Below are positions 18,784 to 27,629 of a stretch of 39,655 nt of DNA, piece after piece (positions within the stretch are counted from its first letter, which is position 1; every line of letters begins with the position of its first letter). The translations under genes were made by a program, and so were the position numbers. Location of the stretch: positions 1 to 39,655 of IMG/VR virus record IMGVR_UViG_3300037483_000335; one strand, given 5' to 3'. The DNA is from a virus (Duplodnaviria; Caudoviricetes). A model generated the notes under the pieces. That model searched no databases. It was not told the DNA's origin and saw only the letters and a list, made by a program, of their open reading frames with translations.

Positions 18784-19440
18784 TCATTCTGAAATTTCCC
18801 AAGCTTCCGAGAATTCTTCATCGGCGAACATCTCTGCAAGCCCGGTGATCTGTTTCAGACGCAAAACTTCGTCGGCGTCCATACCAAGCTCTTTTGCGAT
18901 CTTGACATCCGACCAATTCCGGCGGGACAACTCGACAACAATGTCACTCATGGCAGAGATTTGATGCTTGCCCCTGGCGCGATTGTGCCTGATAGTTGAT
19001 GCTATCCTATCCCCTCGGTCATGCCTGTTTTCGTTTACAGTTGTAACAGGCAGATACCCGCGAATTCTTTGGCGTATCTCGCTGCACTCTTGACCGACGC
19101 GGTTTCTGTGGAATCCATCAATCACTTCGCGTTTTCCATCTTCAACCCAGGTGACAACAGGTTGTGTAAACCCATCCTCAACAATGCTTGTTTCAAGCAA
19201 TCGCATTTCTGGCGGCGCAACCTTGTTCGGGTTGTAGTCGTTTGAAAACACGGAATCACCGGGAACCCAAATTACACAATCAACCGGCTCGTTCTTGAAA
19301 GGGCTAATTTCGTGCAATGCAATCCTGATTGCGTTGATTGCATCAATGCGCTCATCTTCTGGCAAATCGGCAATTTCGTTCATCAGAATTGCGTTGATCT
19401 GCTGCATCCATCCTGTGTTTTGAAAGTTTATCGTTTCCAT
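18784..19440 (-). CDS. ibrB: IbrB/YbdM-like ParB/Srx-domain protein
   Basis: SPFKNEPVDCV.WV, NDYNPN, DGFTQP, VIDGFHR, STIRHNRARGKH and a C-terminal HTH. Confidence 0.88.
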   Translation of the reverse strand: METINFQNTGWMQQINAILMNEIADLPEDERIDAINAIRIALHEISPFKNEPVDCVIWVPGDSVFSNDYNPNKVAPPEMRLLETSIVEDGFTQPVVTWVEDGKREVIDGFHRNRVGQECSEIRQRIRGYLPVTTVNENRHDRGDRIASTIRHNRARGKHQISAMSDIVVELSRRNWSDVKIAKELGMDADEVLRLKQITGLAEMFADEEFSEAWEISE

Positions 19441-20690
19441 AGTGGTATGTATCCTCTCAGTTGCTTCCGCCTCGCCATGTATGCGCGATAGCGGTCATAA
19501 TGCGGTGACAGGGTTGGTACAAACGTCAAGCCCTTGCACCAGTAATCACTTCTCAGCAATACTTTACAAATCCTTCTCCATGACGGCGCTTTTTTGTGTG
19601 CCTCTAGCTTTGGATCGACTTCATCGGGGATTTGACCGTACATCCCGTGAAAGTTGCCATCGTCATCCCAATAGCCGCCTTTTTGTGTCCACCAACCGAT
19701 GAATGTAAAAATTTTGTTATCGTAATGATCGGCCAGCTTTTGCGGCATGGACTTCAGGATGAGCATTGCAAAACTTTGCCATGTATGCCCTTCCGGCTTA
19801 TAGATTTTGATCTGACCGGAAATATTTCCGCTGTATTTCACGAACTCAGCGCCGCTGTTCGCCCCATTGACTCTCGCTACAACCTTTGACCAGGTATCGG
19901 GCTCAAGGATATGGAATAACCACAAACCCTTGCGCTGGTCTACTCCATACGGCTGGCACAGGCGAGCTTGATACAGGGACAAACCCGCCTTGTGCATCAG
20001 GTCATAAATCTTGTTATACGGCTTTCCAAACTTTCCATGATAGCGCCAGATGTCCTCTACCTTCCAGTCGTAGATTGGATGGATGGAATAAATCTCTTGC
20101 CCGGTTGCCTTTTGTTTGAGCGCCCACATATGATTGCCGTGAAATTCTCGATTGTGCCTGACCGCTAACTTCAAATGTCGGTTGTAGCTTTCTTCTGTGC
20201 GAATTCCGATAAAGGCCGCTGTTGGCTCCCCGTTTGAGTACCACATCCCGAAATAGTGGATAAACTCTTCAAATTCCATCGCGTATGTGTAAAACGGGAA
20301 AAACTTCTGATCCCCAATACTGTTTTTTGGCCTGGGTCTAACCCATTCTTTCCCATCTTCCCAGCAGATCCAGCGCGGCTGATATTCTGATACTGCATTA
20401 TCAAGAGAGATCGGAAGTGTTACCCAGTACGGCTCCGTGCAATCACCGTACTCATCAAACATGCGCTCTACGTGCTCATAGGTGTGCCGGTACTGCGCCT
20501 CGAAGTCAATGCAGAGTAATCCGAATTTAACCCCGCGCCGCCTGGCTTCATCGGCGACCAGGTGTAGCATCACTGTACTATCCTTGCCACCAGAAAAGGA
20601 CAAATAGACACGTGGGAAATGGTTGAACACGTAATTGATACGCTCAACCGCGGCGTCGTATACATTTTTCCCCAATAACTTTTTAGGCAT
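19428..20690 (-). CDS. ibrA: IbrA/YbdN-like PAPS-reductase-family protein with DUF3440-like C-terminus
   Basis: PP-loop SFSGGKDS, GIRTEES..R, PIYDW...DIW, RLCQPYG, PSWRRICK.LL..DYWCKGL. Confidence 0.9.
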   Translation of the reverse strand: MPKKLLGKNVYDAAVERINYVFNHFPRVYLSFSGGKDSTVMLHLVADEARRRGVKFGLLCIDFEAQYRHTYEHVERMFDEYGDCTEPYWVTLPISLDNAVSEYQPRWICWEDGKEWVRPRPKNSIGDQKFFPFYTYAMEFEEFIHYFGMWYSNGEPTAAFIGIRTEESYNRHLKLAVRHNREFHGNHMWALKQKATGQEIYSIHPIYDWKVEDIWRYHGKFGKPYNKIYDLMHKAGLSLYQARLCQPYGVDQRKGLWLFHILEPDTWSKVVARVNGANSGAEFVKYSGNISGQIKIYKPEGHTWQSFAMLILKSMPQKLADHYDNKIFTFIGWWTQKGGYWDDDGNFHGMYGQIPDEVDPKLEAHKKAPSWRRICKVLLRSDYWCKGLTFVPTLSPHYDRYRAYMARRKQLRGYIPLWKR

Positions 20691-21084
20691 TGCTCACCTT
20701 TGGTCTCCCCCCCATTTTTCCATTTTCTCGCGATGCATGCGCTTTTTTGTCGCTCTTGATCCGGCCAAGCGCGGCGGCGGCCTCTGATGCTGTCACCCAT
20801 TTTCCAGGCTTGCCCATATAAGGCAAGCCAAGCAATTTGCCATTTGTCATCACGTCATAGCCGTAGCGTTCTGCAATGGCAAGAGCTAAAACTTCTGCTT
20901 CGTTTTCCGTGTCTACAGGACCAAGCGTCCAGTAGTTTTTATTTGATGCTGCTTTTCCGCCAGCCATAATTGGAGCGTCGTTGAGATAGGTGTAAGTAGT
21001 TTCCGGTTTTTCGTTGTTGTCTATGACGATCACTGTGTGTCTTGTGGCTAACTCGATTTTGTGGAGGTAATGTTTTTCATTCAT
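20683..21084 (-). CDS. Hypothetical protein with a basic DNA-binding-like C-terminus
   Basis: ASEAAAALGRIKSDKKAHASRENGKMGGRPK. Confidence 0.65.
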   Translation of the reverse strand: MNEKHYLHKIELATRHTVIVIDNNEKPETTYTYLNDAPIMAGGKAASNKNYWTLGPVDTENEAEVLALAIAERYGYDVMTNGKLLGLPYMGKPGKWVTASEAAAALGRIKSDKKAHASRENGKMGGRPKVSNA

Positions 21085-21085
21085 G

Positions 21086-21550
21086 TTAGTTTGTCCAGGG
21101 GTTATTGGTTGCGCCATCGTTGTAGTGGACGCGGGTAGATTTGATGTAGATGCTCTGCGGATACTTCGCTGCGAAGTCGTCCAGCGCGGTTTCGTATGCG
21201 CCCTGAGCCTCAATTACATCGACGTTGCTGTCGTTGCGGTTGACAAGTCTGCGGTAGACCGTTTCGAGCTTACTGACGTTTTCCCAGGCGGCGTTTTCGT
21301 CGTTTGCGAAAAACTGAGCCTTTGCAGTGGTTTCGATCTCGCTGTACAGGTATTTGTCAATCGGCAGGTAGGGCGCGGGGCCGTTCTTGATGGTCAAGCA
21401 CTGGCGACCCTGGACGATTGCGAAACCAGTTACCTGCCATGTCTGACCGTTGTGCAATGCGGCGCCGGTAACTTTGGCATTTTCGATATTGATGGTCAGG
21501 TCGATTTGCTTGCCGGTCTTGCTGGTGATTGTCTTTGTGATTGTAGTCAT
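21086..21550 (-). CDS. Hypothetical protein, first gene of the moron
   Basis: AAGGAG RBS, downstream of a consensus promoter. Confidence 0.75.
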   Translation of the reverse strand: MTTITKTITSKTGKQIDLTINIENAKVTGAALHNGQTWQVTGFAIVQGRQCLTIKNGPAPYLPIDKYLYSEIETTAKAQFFANDENAAWENVSKLETVYRRLVNRNDSNVDVIEAQGAYETALDDFAAKYPQSIYIKSTRVHYNDGATNNPWTN

Positions 21551-21579
21551 CTTGTCATCTCCTTGTTTGCTATGACTAC

Positions 21580-21608
21580 ATTATATAACCTATCGTTGGG
21601 TTTGTCAA
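21580..21608 (-). promoter_or_regulatory. Consensus sigma70/sigmaA promoter of the ibrAB moron
   Basis: TTGACA-17-TATAAT on the minus strand. Confidence 0.85.
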
Positions 21609-21647
21609 GTACCAATTTTGAATGACTATTCGATACAAAAAGGAACT

Positions 21648-23249
21648 ATGAACGTTATCTTCTACAACCGCGATTTCTCGAACGCCCTGCCCTTGCCCCC
21701 CTCCGTGGCCGTGACGGTGGAACGCTACAGCCATCACATGATCGGTGGGCCGGAGCACGCCTATTTGCGCCTGTCTCTTGGCGCCGACCGCTGGGAAACG
21801 ATGAAGCTACTCCGCGCGCCGGTGGAAATATGGGATGAAGGGCAATGCCTGTGGTGGGGCTACGTCAACAAAGTTACCGTCCCGAACGGCAACAAACAGC
21901 GCATCGGCTTAGGCCTGGATGAGCTGTATAACTACGTGATTGTTGCCTACGCTGATGGGGATACTGCCGCTGGGAGCGACACGAACAGCATCAGCGAGTA
22001 CGGGCAGAAAGAGATCCGGCTCAACAACACCAACGCAACGCAGACCGAAGCGGAGCAATCGCGCGGCCTGTACCTGGTAGACCACCAGGACGCGCGCGAA
22101 GAAATGCCATTCTCGGGGGGCGGTCAAGATATTGAAGCCGAGTGCTACGGCTGGTATAACACGCTCGGCTGGAAATACTACACAGACGCGGACACGACCA
22201 ACACCGAGAACACCACGCAGATTAGCGCAATGGTGACCGGCGCCGGGCAGTTTTTCGCCGGGTCGATTATTGAAGCCACAGCCGGGATCACGTCGAACGA
22301 GAACCGGGACGGGCATAGTACCGCGCTGACCTACATCAATCAACTGCTCAACGCCGGGACAACCAACGTAAGGCCACTCCTAGCGCGGGTGGACCGGGCT
22401 CGCTACCTGCACGTGTACGAGCGCAGCGCGGAACCGCCGACCAACGCGCCGGATTACCTGTGGCGCGGGGATGGGAAACTCGAAACCCCGCTCGGGCAGA
22501 TCGTGCCGGATAAAGAGTGCAAGACGGCAGTATGGGCGAAACCGAAGGACATACCAAGCACGCTTGGCGGCTTTTCGGCCATCGGCTCATTTTTCATCGA
22601 GCGGGCGGAATACAACGCGGAGCGGAACGAGACCACGTATACCCCGGCCAGCGCATACGAACAGGTGCGATTAGCAAAATTTTTTGCGTCTGTGCTGGGT
22701 GGGGGGAGCGATGGATCGGGCGGTGTAGGCTCTACGCCGATATTCTGGACACCGGAAGCCGCGCCGCTGACCTACAACATGAAGCACGTGTACTCTGCCG
22801 CTTACGCGGCTACCGACATCGCTACAAGTTCCTACCTTCACGCGGGATCTGGATACGGCTACGGGCTAAATATCGGCTTTACCGGCCTAGTGGCAGGTAC
22901 GGTCGGCGGGGGTTCGGCTTACCCCGCCTGGATCGCGCCGGAGAAGTCCTGGTATATCATCTGGGCCTATGCAAGCGTCGCAGCTGGGACCAGCGTACCG
23001 ACGGATGGATGGGTAGAGCTGGAAATTCTGTGGATGAACGTCGCAAACGCTGGCGCGGTTACGTTTGCAGAAAACCGTATTCCCTGGAATACCGGCGGCG
23101 ATCTGCCCGGAACGCAAAATGTCCACGTTTCGGGCGGGGCAATCATTAGCGACTCGGCAGCGCAGGGATTTATGTGCCGGATCGTCAACGGGACAGACGG
23201 AGATATAAGAGTATCGAATTTGAATGTGCTTTTCTGGAAAGTGAGGTAA
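21648..23249 (+). CDS. Tail tip / baseplate hub protein with a C-terminal beta-rich (receptor-binding-like) domain
   Basis: LWWGYV, SISEYGQKE motifs; Gly-rich linker then beta domain; follows Dit once the moron is removed. Confidence 0.65.
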   Translation: MNVIFYNRDFSNALPLPPSVAVTVERYSHHMIGGPEHAYLRLSLGADRWETMKLLRAPVEIWDEGQCLWWGYVNKVTVPNGNKQRIGLGLDELYNYVIVAYADGDTAAGSDTNSISEYGQKEIRLNNTNATQTEAEQSRGLYLVDHQDAREEMPFSGGGQDIEAECYGWYNTLGWKYYTDADTTNTENTTQISAMVTGAGQFFAGSIIEATAGITSNENRDGHSTALTYINQLLNAGTTNVRPLLARVDRARYLHVYERSAEPPTNAPDYLWRGDGKLETPLGQIVPDKECKTAVWAKPKDIPSTLGGFSAIGSFFIERAEYNAERNETTYTPASAYEQVRLAKFFASVLGGGSDGSGGVGSTPIFWTPEAAPLTYNMKHVYSAAYAATDIATSSYLHAGSGYGYGLNIGFTGLVAGTVGGGSAYPAWIAPEKSWYIIWAYASVAAGTSVPTDGWVELEILWMNVANAGAVTFAENRIPWNTGGDLPGTQNVHVSGGAIISDSAAQGFMCRIVNGTDGDIRVSNLNVLFWKVR

Positions 23250-23283
23250 CCCCCCATCCCGCCCGCCGCTGCCAGGGCAGGAG

Positions 23284-23313
23284 AACCGCCGCGTCATGCG
23301 GCGGTTTTTTGTT
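23284..23313 (+). terminator. Rho-independent terminator ending the late operon
   Basis: AACCGCCGC-gtcat-GCGGCGGTT-TTTTGTT. Confidence 0.8.
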
Positions 23314-23327
23314 GCCAACGGTCTGTG

Positions 23328-23543
23328 TTAGCCGCTGGGGGCATTGGGGCAGTTTTTATCATGGACGACCTTCCCCCCCGGTGCGCCGTTTTTCTCGCGG
23401 CATGTACAGCCAGTCGGCTGGGCGGATTGTAGAACGCGGAGAACGATTGCCCTGACCTGCATCTCGGAGAAAACAATAACATTATCTCCGAACATTCTAG
23501 CGGGTTCGCCGCCTTCGATATATTGACCAATTTCGTTTTTCAT
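23328..23543 (-). CDS. Hypothetical protein
   Basis: GAAGGTG RBS; C-terminal CTC...H..NCP. Confidence 0.55.
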   Translation of the reverse strand: MKNEIGQYIEGGEPARMFGDNVIVFSEMQVRAIVLRVLQSAQPTGCTCREKNGAPGGKVVHDKNCPNAPSG

Positions 23544-23565
23544 CTTTCACCTTCCGGGCGTCGCC

Positions 23566-23763
23566 CTATTTCTGCTCGGGCGCGGCTTCAAATAGCGACA
23601 TGACTATGATTGCAAGAGCGGCAATAGCCGCGCCCTGATTGCCAAAACTTTCGACAACGGTACGCCCGGTGAATGGCTTGCCATCGAAATTCTTTGCATC
23701 ATCTATCATGTTTTGTGCAATCATTTCTAGCGCTGCAACAATTTTCTTTTCATCCTCATCCAT
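23566..23763 (-). CDS. Hypothetical phage protein
   Basis: GGAG RBS; FDGKPFTGRTV...FGNQGAAIAALA. Confidence 0.65.
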   Translation of the reverse strand: MDEDEKKIVAALEMIAQNMIDDAKNFDGKPFTGRTVVESFGNQGAAIAALAIIVMSLFEAAPEQK

Positions 23764-23773
23764 CGTTTATCTC

Positions 23774-24037
23774 CTAATCAAAAGCCCGTTCACTTATCAC
23801 GTTTGCGGGCGGTGATTGATCCTGCTCGGGCGCGGGGGTGGGCTGCTTACCAACGGCGTCTTTTTTGCAGGCATCAATAAACTCACAGGCTTCATGTGCC
23901 AACTTAGGATTATCGCTTGCCAGGTTGATAAGCTGCATAATAGCTATGTCAACGTCATCATCTCCGCTACCATGCCACAAGAACGGTTCGCCGTGTTTTC
24001 CAAACTGACAACCAATTTGCCAACGTACATCTTTCAT
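23774..24037 (-). CDS. Hypothetical protein
   Basis: GAAGG RBS; first gene of a leftward operon. Confidence 0.6.
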   Translation of the reverse strand: MKDVRWQIGCQFGKHGEPFLWHGSGDDDVDIAIMQLINLASDNPKLAHEACEFIDACKKDAVGKQPTPAPEQDQSPPANVISERAFD

Positions 24038-24161
24038 GATTGCCTTCTTTCTAAGGCGCAGGCCCCGCCGGTCGCTACCTGTCTGGGTTGCGGCTGATTG
24101 GCGGGGCCTGCATGTGACACTTGCTATTTAAAAAACACGAACCGCGAACCCAGACAATTTC

Positions 24162-24189
24162 ATTATACTGATTTCGCGCCGCTTGTCAA
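24162..24189 (-). promoter_or_regulatory. Leftward sigma70-type promoter
   Basis: TTGACA-16-TATAAT on the minus strand. Confidence 0.75.
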
Positions 24190-24210
24190 GCACCAATCCA
24201 CCTAGCAAAG

Positions 24211-24275
24211 TGGTATAATCACATTTGGAGTACCGCTCGTGATTACGCAAACTCCCCCCCCGGGGGGAGTTTTGC
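24211..24275 (+). ncRNA. Candidate short promoter-to-hairpin sRNA
   Basis: TGgTATAAT 24211-24219, then AACTCCCCCC-cc-GGGGGGAGTT-TTG hairpin; no ORF. Confidence 0.3.
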
Positions 24276-24555
24276 ACTTAACAAAACTGCAAGGTACAAT
24301 CCCATAACTTTTTTTATCTCTCACCGTCATGTTTTTTGACATGGGTTTTACTGCTAAGAAACCCTAACAATTTGTAAAGACAACTTAATTTATTACTGGC
24401 TATAATGATCATTGCCGCTGGGGGAGCACCGGCACAATACGCGTCGCTGCCCCCCACGACATACACCCGCCTGGACAGCCCCACAATCTGAGACAATTGA
24501 ATAGGCACTGAGATATAATCGAATATGATAGCGCATGCTGTCATCTAAATTTTAG

Positions 24556-24837
24556 ATGGAGGCAGCGACAATGAAACGGCTAGAGGAGATTTTTCAAGAG
24601 ATGATGGAGACAGGAGAATTCAGCTTAAATGATTTTCTCGAAGCGACCCGGGTCCTGATCGTCATGAATTACTGGAACAACGTTTTATCATTACACCCGG
24701 AAGAAGAGATAGAGAGATACCGGCGCACCCTGCCGAACCTGAGGCGCATGGTTGGGAAAGAGCCGACGGTGCAAACTTTGAAGAATATCCTGAACCGCAA
24801 CGGGATCGACACCAGCAACATCAAAGACGAAGAGTAG
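24556..24837 (+). CDS. Hypothetical protein in the control region (likely start ATG 24571)
   Basis: GGAGG RBS before ATG 24571. Confidence 0.55.
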   Translation: MEAATMKRLEEIFQEMMETGEFSLNDFLEATRVLIVMNYWNNVLSLHPEEEIERYRRTLPNLRRMVGKEPTVQTLKNILNRNGIDTSNIKDEE

Positions 24838-24924
24838 GACGATGGAAACACCGCAACCGATGCGTTCAGTCTGTCCGAGAGCATCCAAAATTTGGATAGT
24901 ACCAGGGTAATGCCTGTCAATTAC

Positions 24925-24952
24925 TTGACAACCAAAAGGAAATCCGTATAAT
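24925..24952 (+). promoter_or_regulatory. Rightward early promoter
   Basis: TTGACA-16-TATAAT, preceded by inverted TGTCAA-ttac-TTGACA. Confidence 0.8.
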
Positions 24953-24958
24953 AGAGTC

Positions 24959-25138
24959 ATGAGCAAAAACATTCACGAACTGGAACGAGAACGAGACGCG
25001 GCGATTGTCAGGCTGGCACAGCAATACCCTACCTGGGGCCTGCGAAAGATCGCCGCCGAAGTCAAAAGGACATACGGCAAATGCTCACATGAATGGGTTC
25101 GTACAGTCCTAAGAGAACAAGGAATAGAACGCAAGTAA
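24959..25138 (+). CDS. Small HTH protein (Cro-like position), probably leaderless
   Basis: MSKNIHELERERDAAIVRLAQQYPTWGLRKIAAEV...SHEWVRTVL; ATG 6 nt after TATAAT. Confidence 0.65.
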   Translation: MSKNIHELERERDAAIVRLAQQYPTWGLRKIAAEVKRTYGKCSHEWVRTVLREQGIERK

Positions 25139-25377
25139 CTTAAAAAGCCGGACGACCCCTACCGCTGCCAAGCTTATCGGGGTCGCCCTCACCAATCACG
25201 CTCCAAGGAGTAATTGAACGCGATGGCTGCCTTAGAACTATACACCCCCGCCCTACATGCAAAATACACCTCGCCGATTTCCGTCGGTTGGCTCGTGAGA
25301 GCAGCGGTGTATTGTGTTGTGGGTTTGCCTACTTCAATCATACACGAACTCTTGACAAATTACAAGGGGGTAATTCT

Positions 25378-25572
25378 GTGAACCCACCCCTCACCGAAAG
25401 AAACGAACAGATGAGACATCAGCGCCTTGTACTGCGCTGGACGCTGCAACAGATCGCCGATCATTGGCACATCCGGCGCCAGCGTGTAGGGCAGATCCTT
25501 GGACCCACTGGACGTTTTAGCAAACAGAAAGCGAGTGACACATGTACCACAACCCAACCCGACAACAGTTAG
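25378..25572 (+). CDS. Small sigma-region-4-like HTH protein
   Basis: ERNEQM...WTLQQIADHWHIRRQRVGQIL; GTG start after AAGGGG. Confidence 0.6.
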   Translation: MNPPLTERNEQMRHQRLVLRWTLQQIADHWHIRRQRVGQILGPTGRFSKQKASDTCTTTQPDNS

Positions 25573-25766
25573 AGCGCGAGCTCGAAGGGCGCGCCGCAGT
25601 ATGGACCCGCGAAGAGACCGGCGAATACTACGCCGAGCATTACGATGGACTGTGCGCAGCCGCTAAACGCGAACGCGAACGAGATCCAGAATTCGCGGAC
25701 GAAATGGAGAACCAGGCGCTAAAGTACGCGTTTGCGCTGGCCGACCTGTACCCCGAAAGGATGTAG
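25542..25766 (+). CDS. Hypothetical protein
   Basis: Coupled ORF in the early operon. Confidence 0.55.
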   Translation: MYHNPTRQQLERELEGRAAVWTREETGEYYAEHYDGLCAAAKRERERDPEFADEMENQALKYAFALADLYPERM

Positions 25767-25975
25767 TGATGGCAGAAAAACAATGTACGAAATGCAGAGA
25801 GACTTATATTCGCGCCCTGATCATGAACGTGGTTACGTTCTACGACCTGGACGGCAACGAGCATCGGAACTGTCCTGTTTGCGGCGAAGAACTGGCACCA
25901 CAGGAATACGAGCCGAGCAAGTTGACGGTGGCCGTGGGCTTGCCCCAGCCTGAATTCGGATCGGAAGTGGCTTGA
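25766..25975 (+). CDS. Zinc-ribbon protein
   Basis: CTKC...CPVC. Confidence 0.55.
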   Translation: MMAEKQCTKCRETYIRALIMNVVTFYDLDGNEHRNCPVCGEELAPQEYEPSKLTVAVGLPQPEFGSEVA

Positions 25976-26065
25976 GCAAGTTGAAGAAATCGAATTCTAG
26001 TGATTCCCCGCGCATGAGTGCGCGGTAACTATCCCGATGTACTTCGGGACTAACGAAAGGAGTAT

Positions 26066-26971
26066 TTGAAAATGGTAGCACAAGATACGCAGTTGACAGT
26101 GTACGGTGGTCGCAACGAGATCAAGGAGCTAGGCGACCGGCTCCGAAAGATGATGCCGAGCGCACAAGCCTTCTCAGAAGGGGAAGCCCTTGCAGTTGCA
26201 CAGATCGCGCACGCGCACGGCCTTGACCCGTTCAACGGTGAAGTGTGGGGCATCAAGCGCCAGGATACCGGCCAGTGGTACGGCGTGATGGTTGGCATCA
26301 AGGGGCTGCGCAAGGCAGCCCGCCGCGCCGCCGCAGCGGAAAACTCAAGCTACTGGCTGGACTTCACGCTTGTGGATGCAAAGAAGTACAACGCCACTCA
26401 GGAGCACGCGGTAGTGTACGAGTGTGAATTGCGGGACGCGTCCAATATGGGGGCATACGGTAAGGCAATCCACAACCTGACGGATTCCGGCATCCCCTAC
26501 AAGGAAGCAATCGAGATGGTGGGAAAGCCGCCCGTGGTGGTGGGCATTGGCATCGCGTGGCCTGCTGAAAAGAGCAAGATGTCCCTGCACAGCCGGGCAA
26601 AGAAACGCGCCGAAGCTGACGCACTCAAGATGCGCTATGACGTCGAGTTCGGAAGCGCACAGTTCACAGTCGAAGAGGGTGACGGCGAGATTGTGGACGG
26701 CGAAATTACCCCCGGCTTTGAAGATCAAACCGTTGACGACGCATTCAAGAAACCGGAGAAACTTGCCGCCGAAGTTGTTGACGACCTGATGGGTGCGCAA
26801 GAGGCCTACTACTGGGGCAGTAACGAGATCGCGGAAGTAGTCGCAAAGACAAAGAAGCTGGATAAGGCGACCGCAATGCAAGCCCTGATGGATGCCCACA
26901 AAGCGGGCAAGATCGCCGACAACCTGACCATCGCAGACGCTAAGGCGTTTGCCAATTCGCTGAACGCATAG
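26066..26971 (+). CDS. RecT/Redbeta-like single-strand annealing protein
   Basis: GLDPFNGEVW, VGIKGLRK, AKKRAEA..L motifs; adjacent to SSB. Confidence 0.65.
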   Translation: MKMVAQDTQLTVYGGRNEIKELGDRLRKMMPSAQAFSEGEALAVAQIAHAHGLDPFNGEVWGIKRQDTGQWYGVMVGIKGLRKAARRAAAAENSSYWLDFTLVDAKKYNATQEHAVVYECELRDASNMGAYGKAIHNLTDSGIPYKEAIEMVGKPPVVVGIGIAWPAEKSKMSLHSRAKKRAEADALKMRYDVEFGSAQFTVEEGDGEIVDGEITPGFEDQTVDDAFKKPEKLAAEVVDDLMGAQEAYYWGSNEIAEVVAKTKKLDKATAMQALMDAHKAGKIADNLTIADAKAFANSLNA

Positions 26972-26978
26972 AGGAACA

Positions 26979-27407
26979 ATGTCATTCTACACACACGACG
27001 AAACCGAAATCTTAGGCCGCGCCGGGACCGATGGAGAAATGCGCTACTTCAACAACGGCAACCCCGTTACATCTTTCTCTTTAGCCGCAGATCGTGGCTA
27101 CAAAGACAAGAATACCGGCGAGTGGATCAAGCGCACGATTTGGTACCGCATCCAGGTATTCGGCAAACTGGCTGAGATTTGCAACGAGCGCGTACACAAA
27201 GGTGATTTTGTCTTTGTCAAAGGCCAGTTACAGGCCGATTGGAGCAACGGAAGCCCCCGCCTGTGGGGTGATCCCCCCCGCGCATCTTTCGAGTTGTCCG
27301 CGTCTTTGGTGCGCTTCCTGTCATCCCGTGGTGACGCTTCCGATATGGTAGCAGCCGCGCAAGAAGTCGGCGGCGAAATACCGCCTGAGGACGATATACC
27401 GTTCTAA
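26979..27407 (+). CDS. ssb: Single-stranded DNA-binding protein
   Basis: GR.G.D.EMRY, FSLA, T.WYRI.VFGKLAE, C-terminal DDIPF. Confidence 0.95.
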   Translation: MSFYTHDETEILGRAGTDGEMRYFNNGNPVTSFSLAADRGYKDKNTGEWIKRTIWYRIQVFGKLAEICNERVHKGDFVFVKGQLQADWSNGSPRLWGDPPRASFELSASLVRFLSSRGDASDMVAAAQEVGGEIPPEDDIPF

Positions 27408-27629
27408 CCCCCTCAACAATGCCGCAGGTCCAACTTGGCTCGGACCTGCGGCGGCGGGTGGGAGCACCCGCAAAGACGGGAAAGCGGTACTCCAAATACA
27501 AAAGGATTATAGCATGAAAACATTTTTGGATATGATAACCAACCTGATCTACATTTTCTTTGGCATCCTGGTCCTGCTGATCGGCATCGCGATCGCCAAC
27601 CCCGAAGTGATTACAAGGCTGCTGGTGCG

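Larger units (their letters stand above)
18709..21634 (-). mobile_element. Inverted-repeat-bounded four-gene moron carrying ibrAB
   Basis: ATCGAATAATCATTCAAA (18709-18726) and TTTGAATGACTATTCGAT (21617-21634) match 17/18 as inverted repeats; opposite strand to the tail operon; own promoter. Confidence 0.65.

Noticed and set aside
20683-21213. 176-aa version of the moron's second gene
   Set aside because: It overlaps the 21086-21550 gene; ATG 21084 directly after that gene's stop is more plausible
18709-21634. IS or transposon interpretation of the inverted repeats
   Set aside because: No transposase inside and no target-site duplication seen
22517-23149. 210-aa alternative-frame ORF inside the tail-tip gene, and similar long shadow ORFs in the GC-rich structural genes
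   Set aside because: Arg/Gly-rich composition typical of GC-biased off-frames; no RBS or motifs
23313-23435. attC-like hairpin (GCCAACGG..TTAGCCGCTGG pairing with CCAGTCGGCTG, with a bulged T)
   Set aside because: No proper GTTRRRY right end, only one copy, lies within a minus-strand ORF, and no integron integrase; at most a relic
23572-23835. 14-bp repeat CTGCTCGGGCGCGG in two leftward genes (both encode APEQ)
   Set aside because: May be another microhomology scar but does not include an RBS or start; too short to claim
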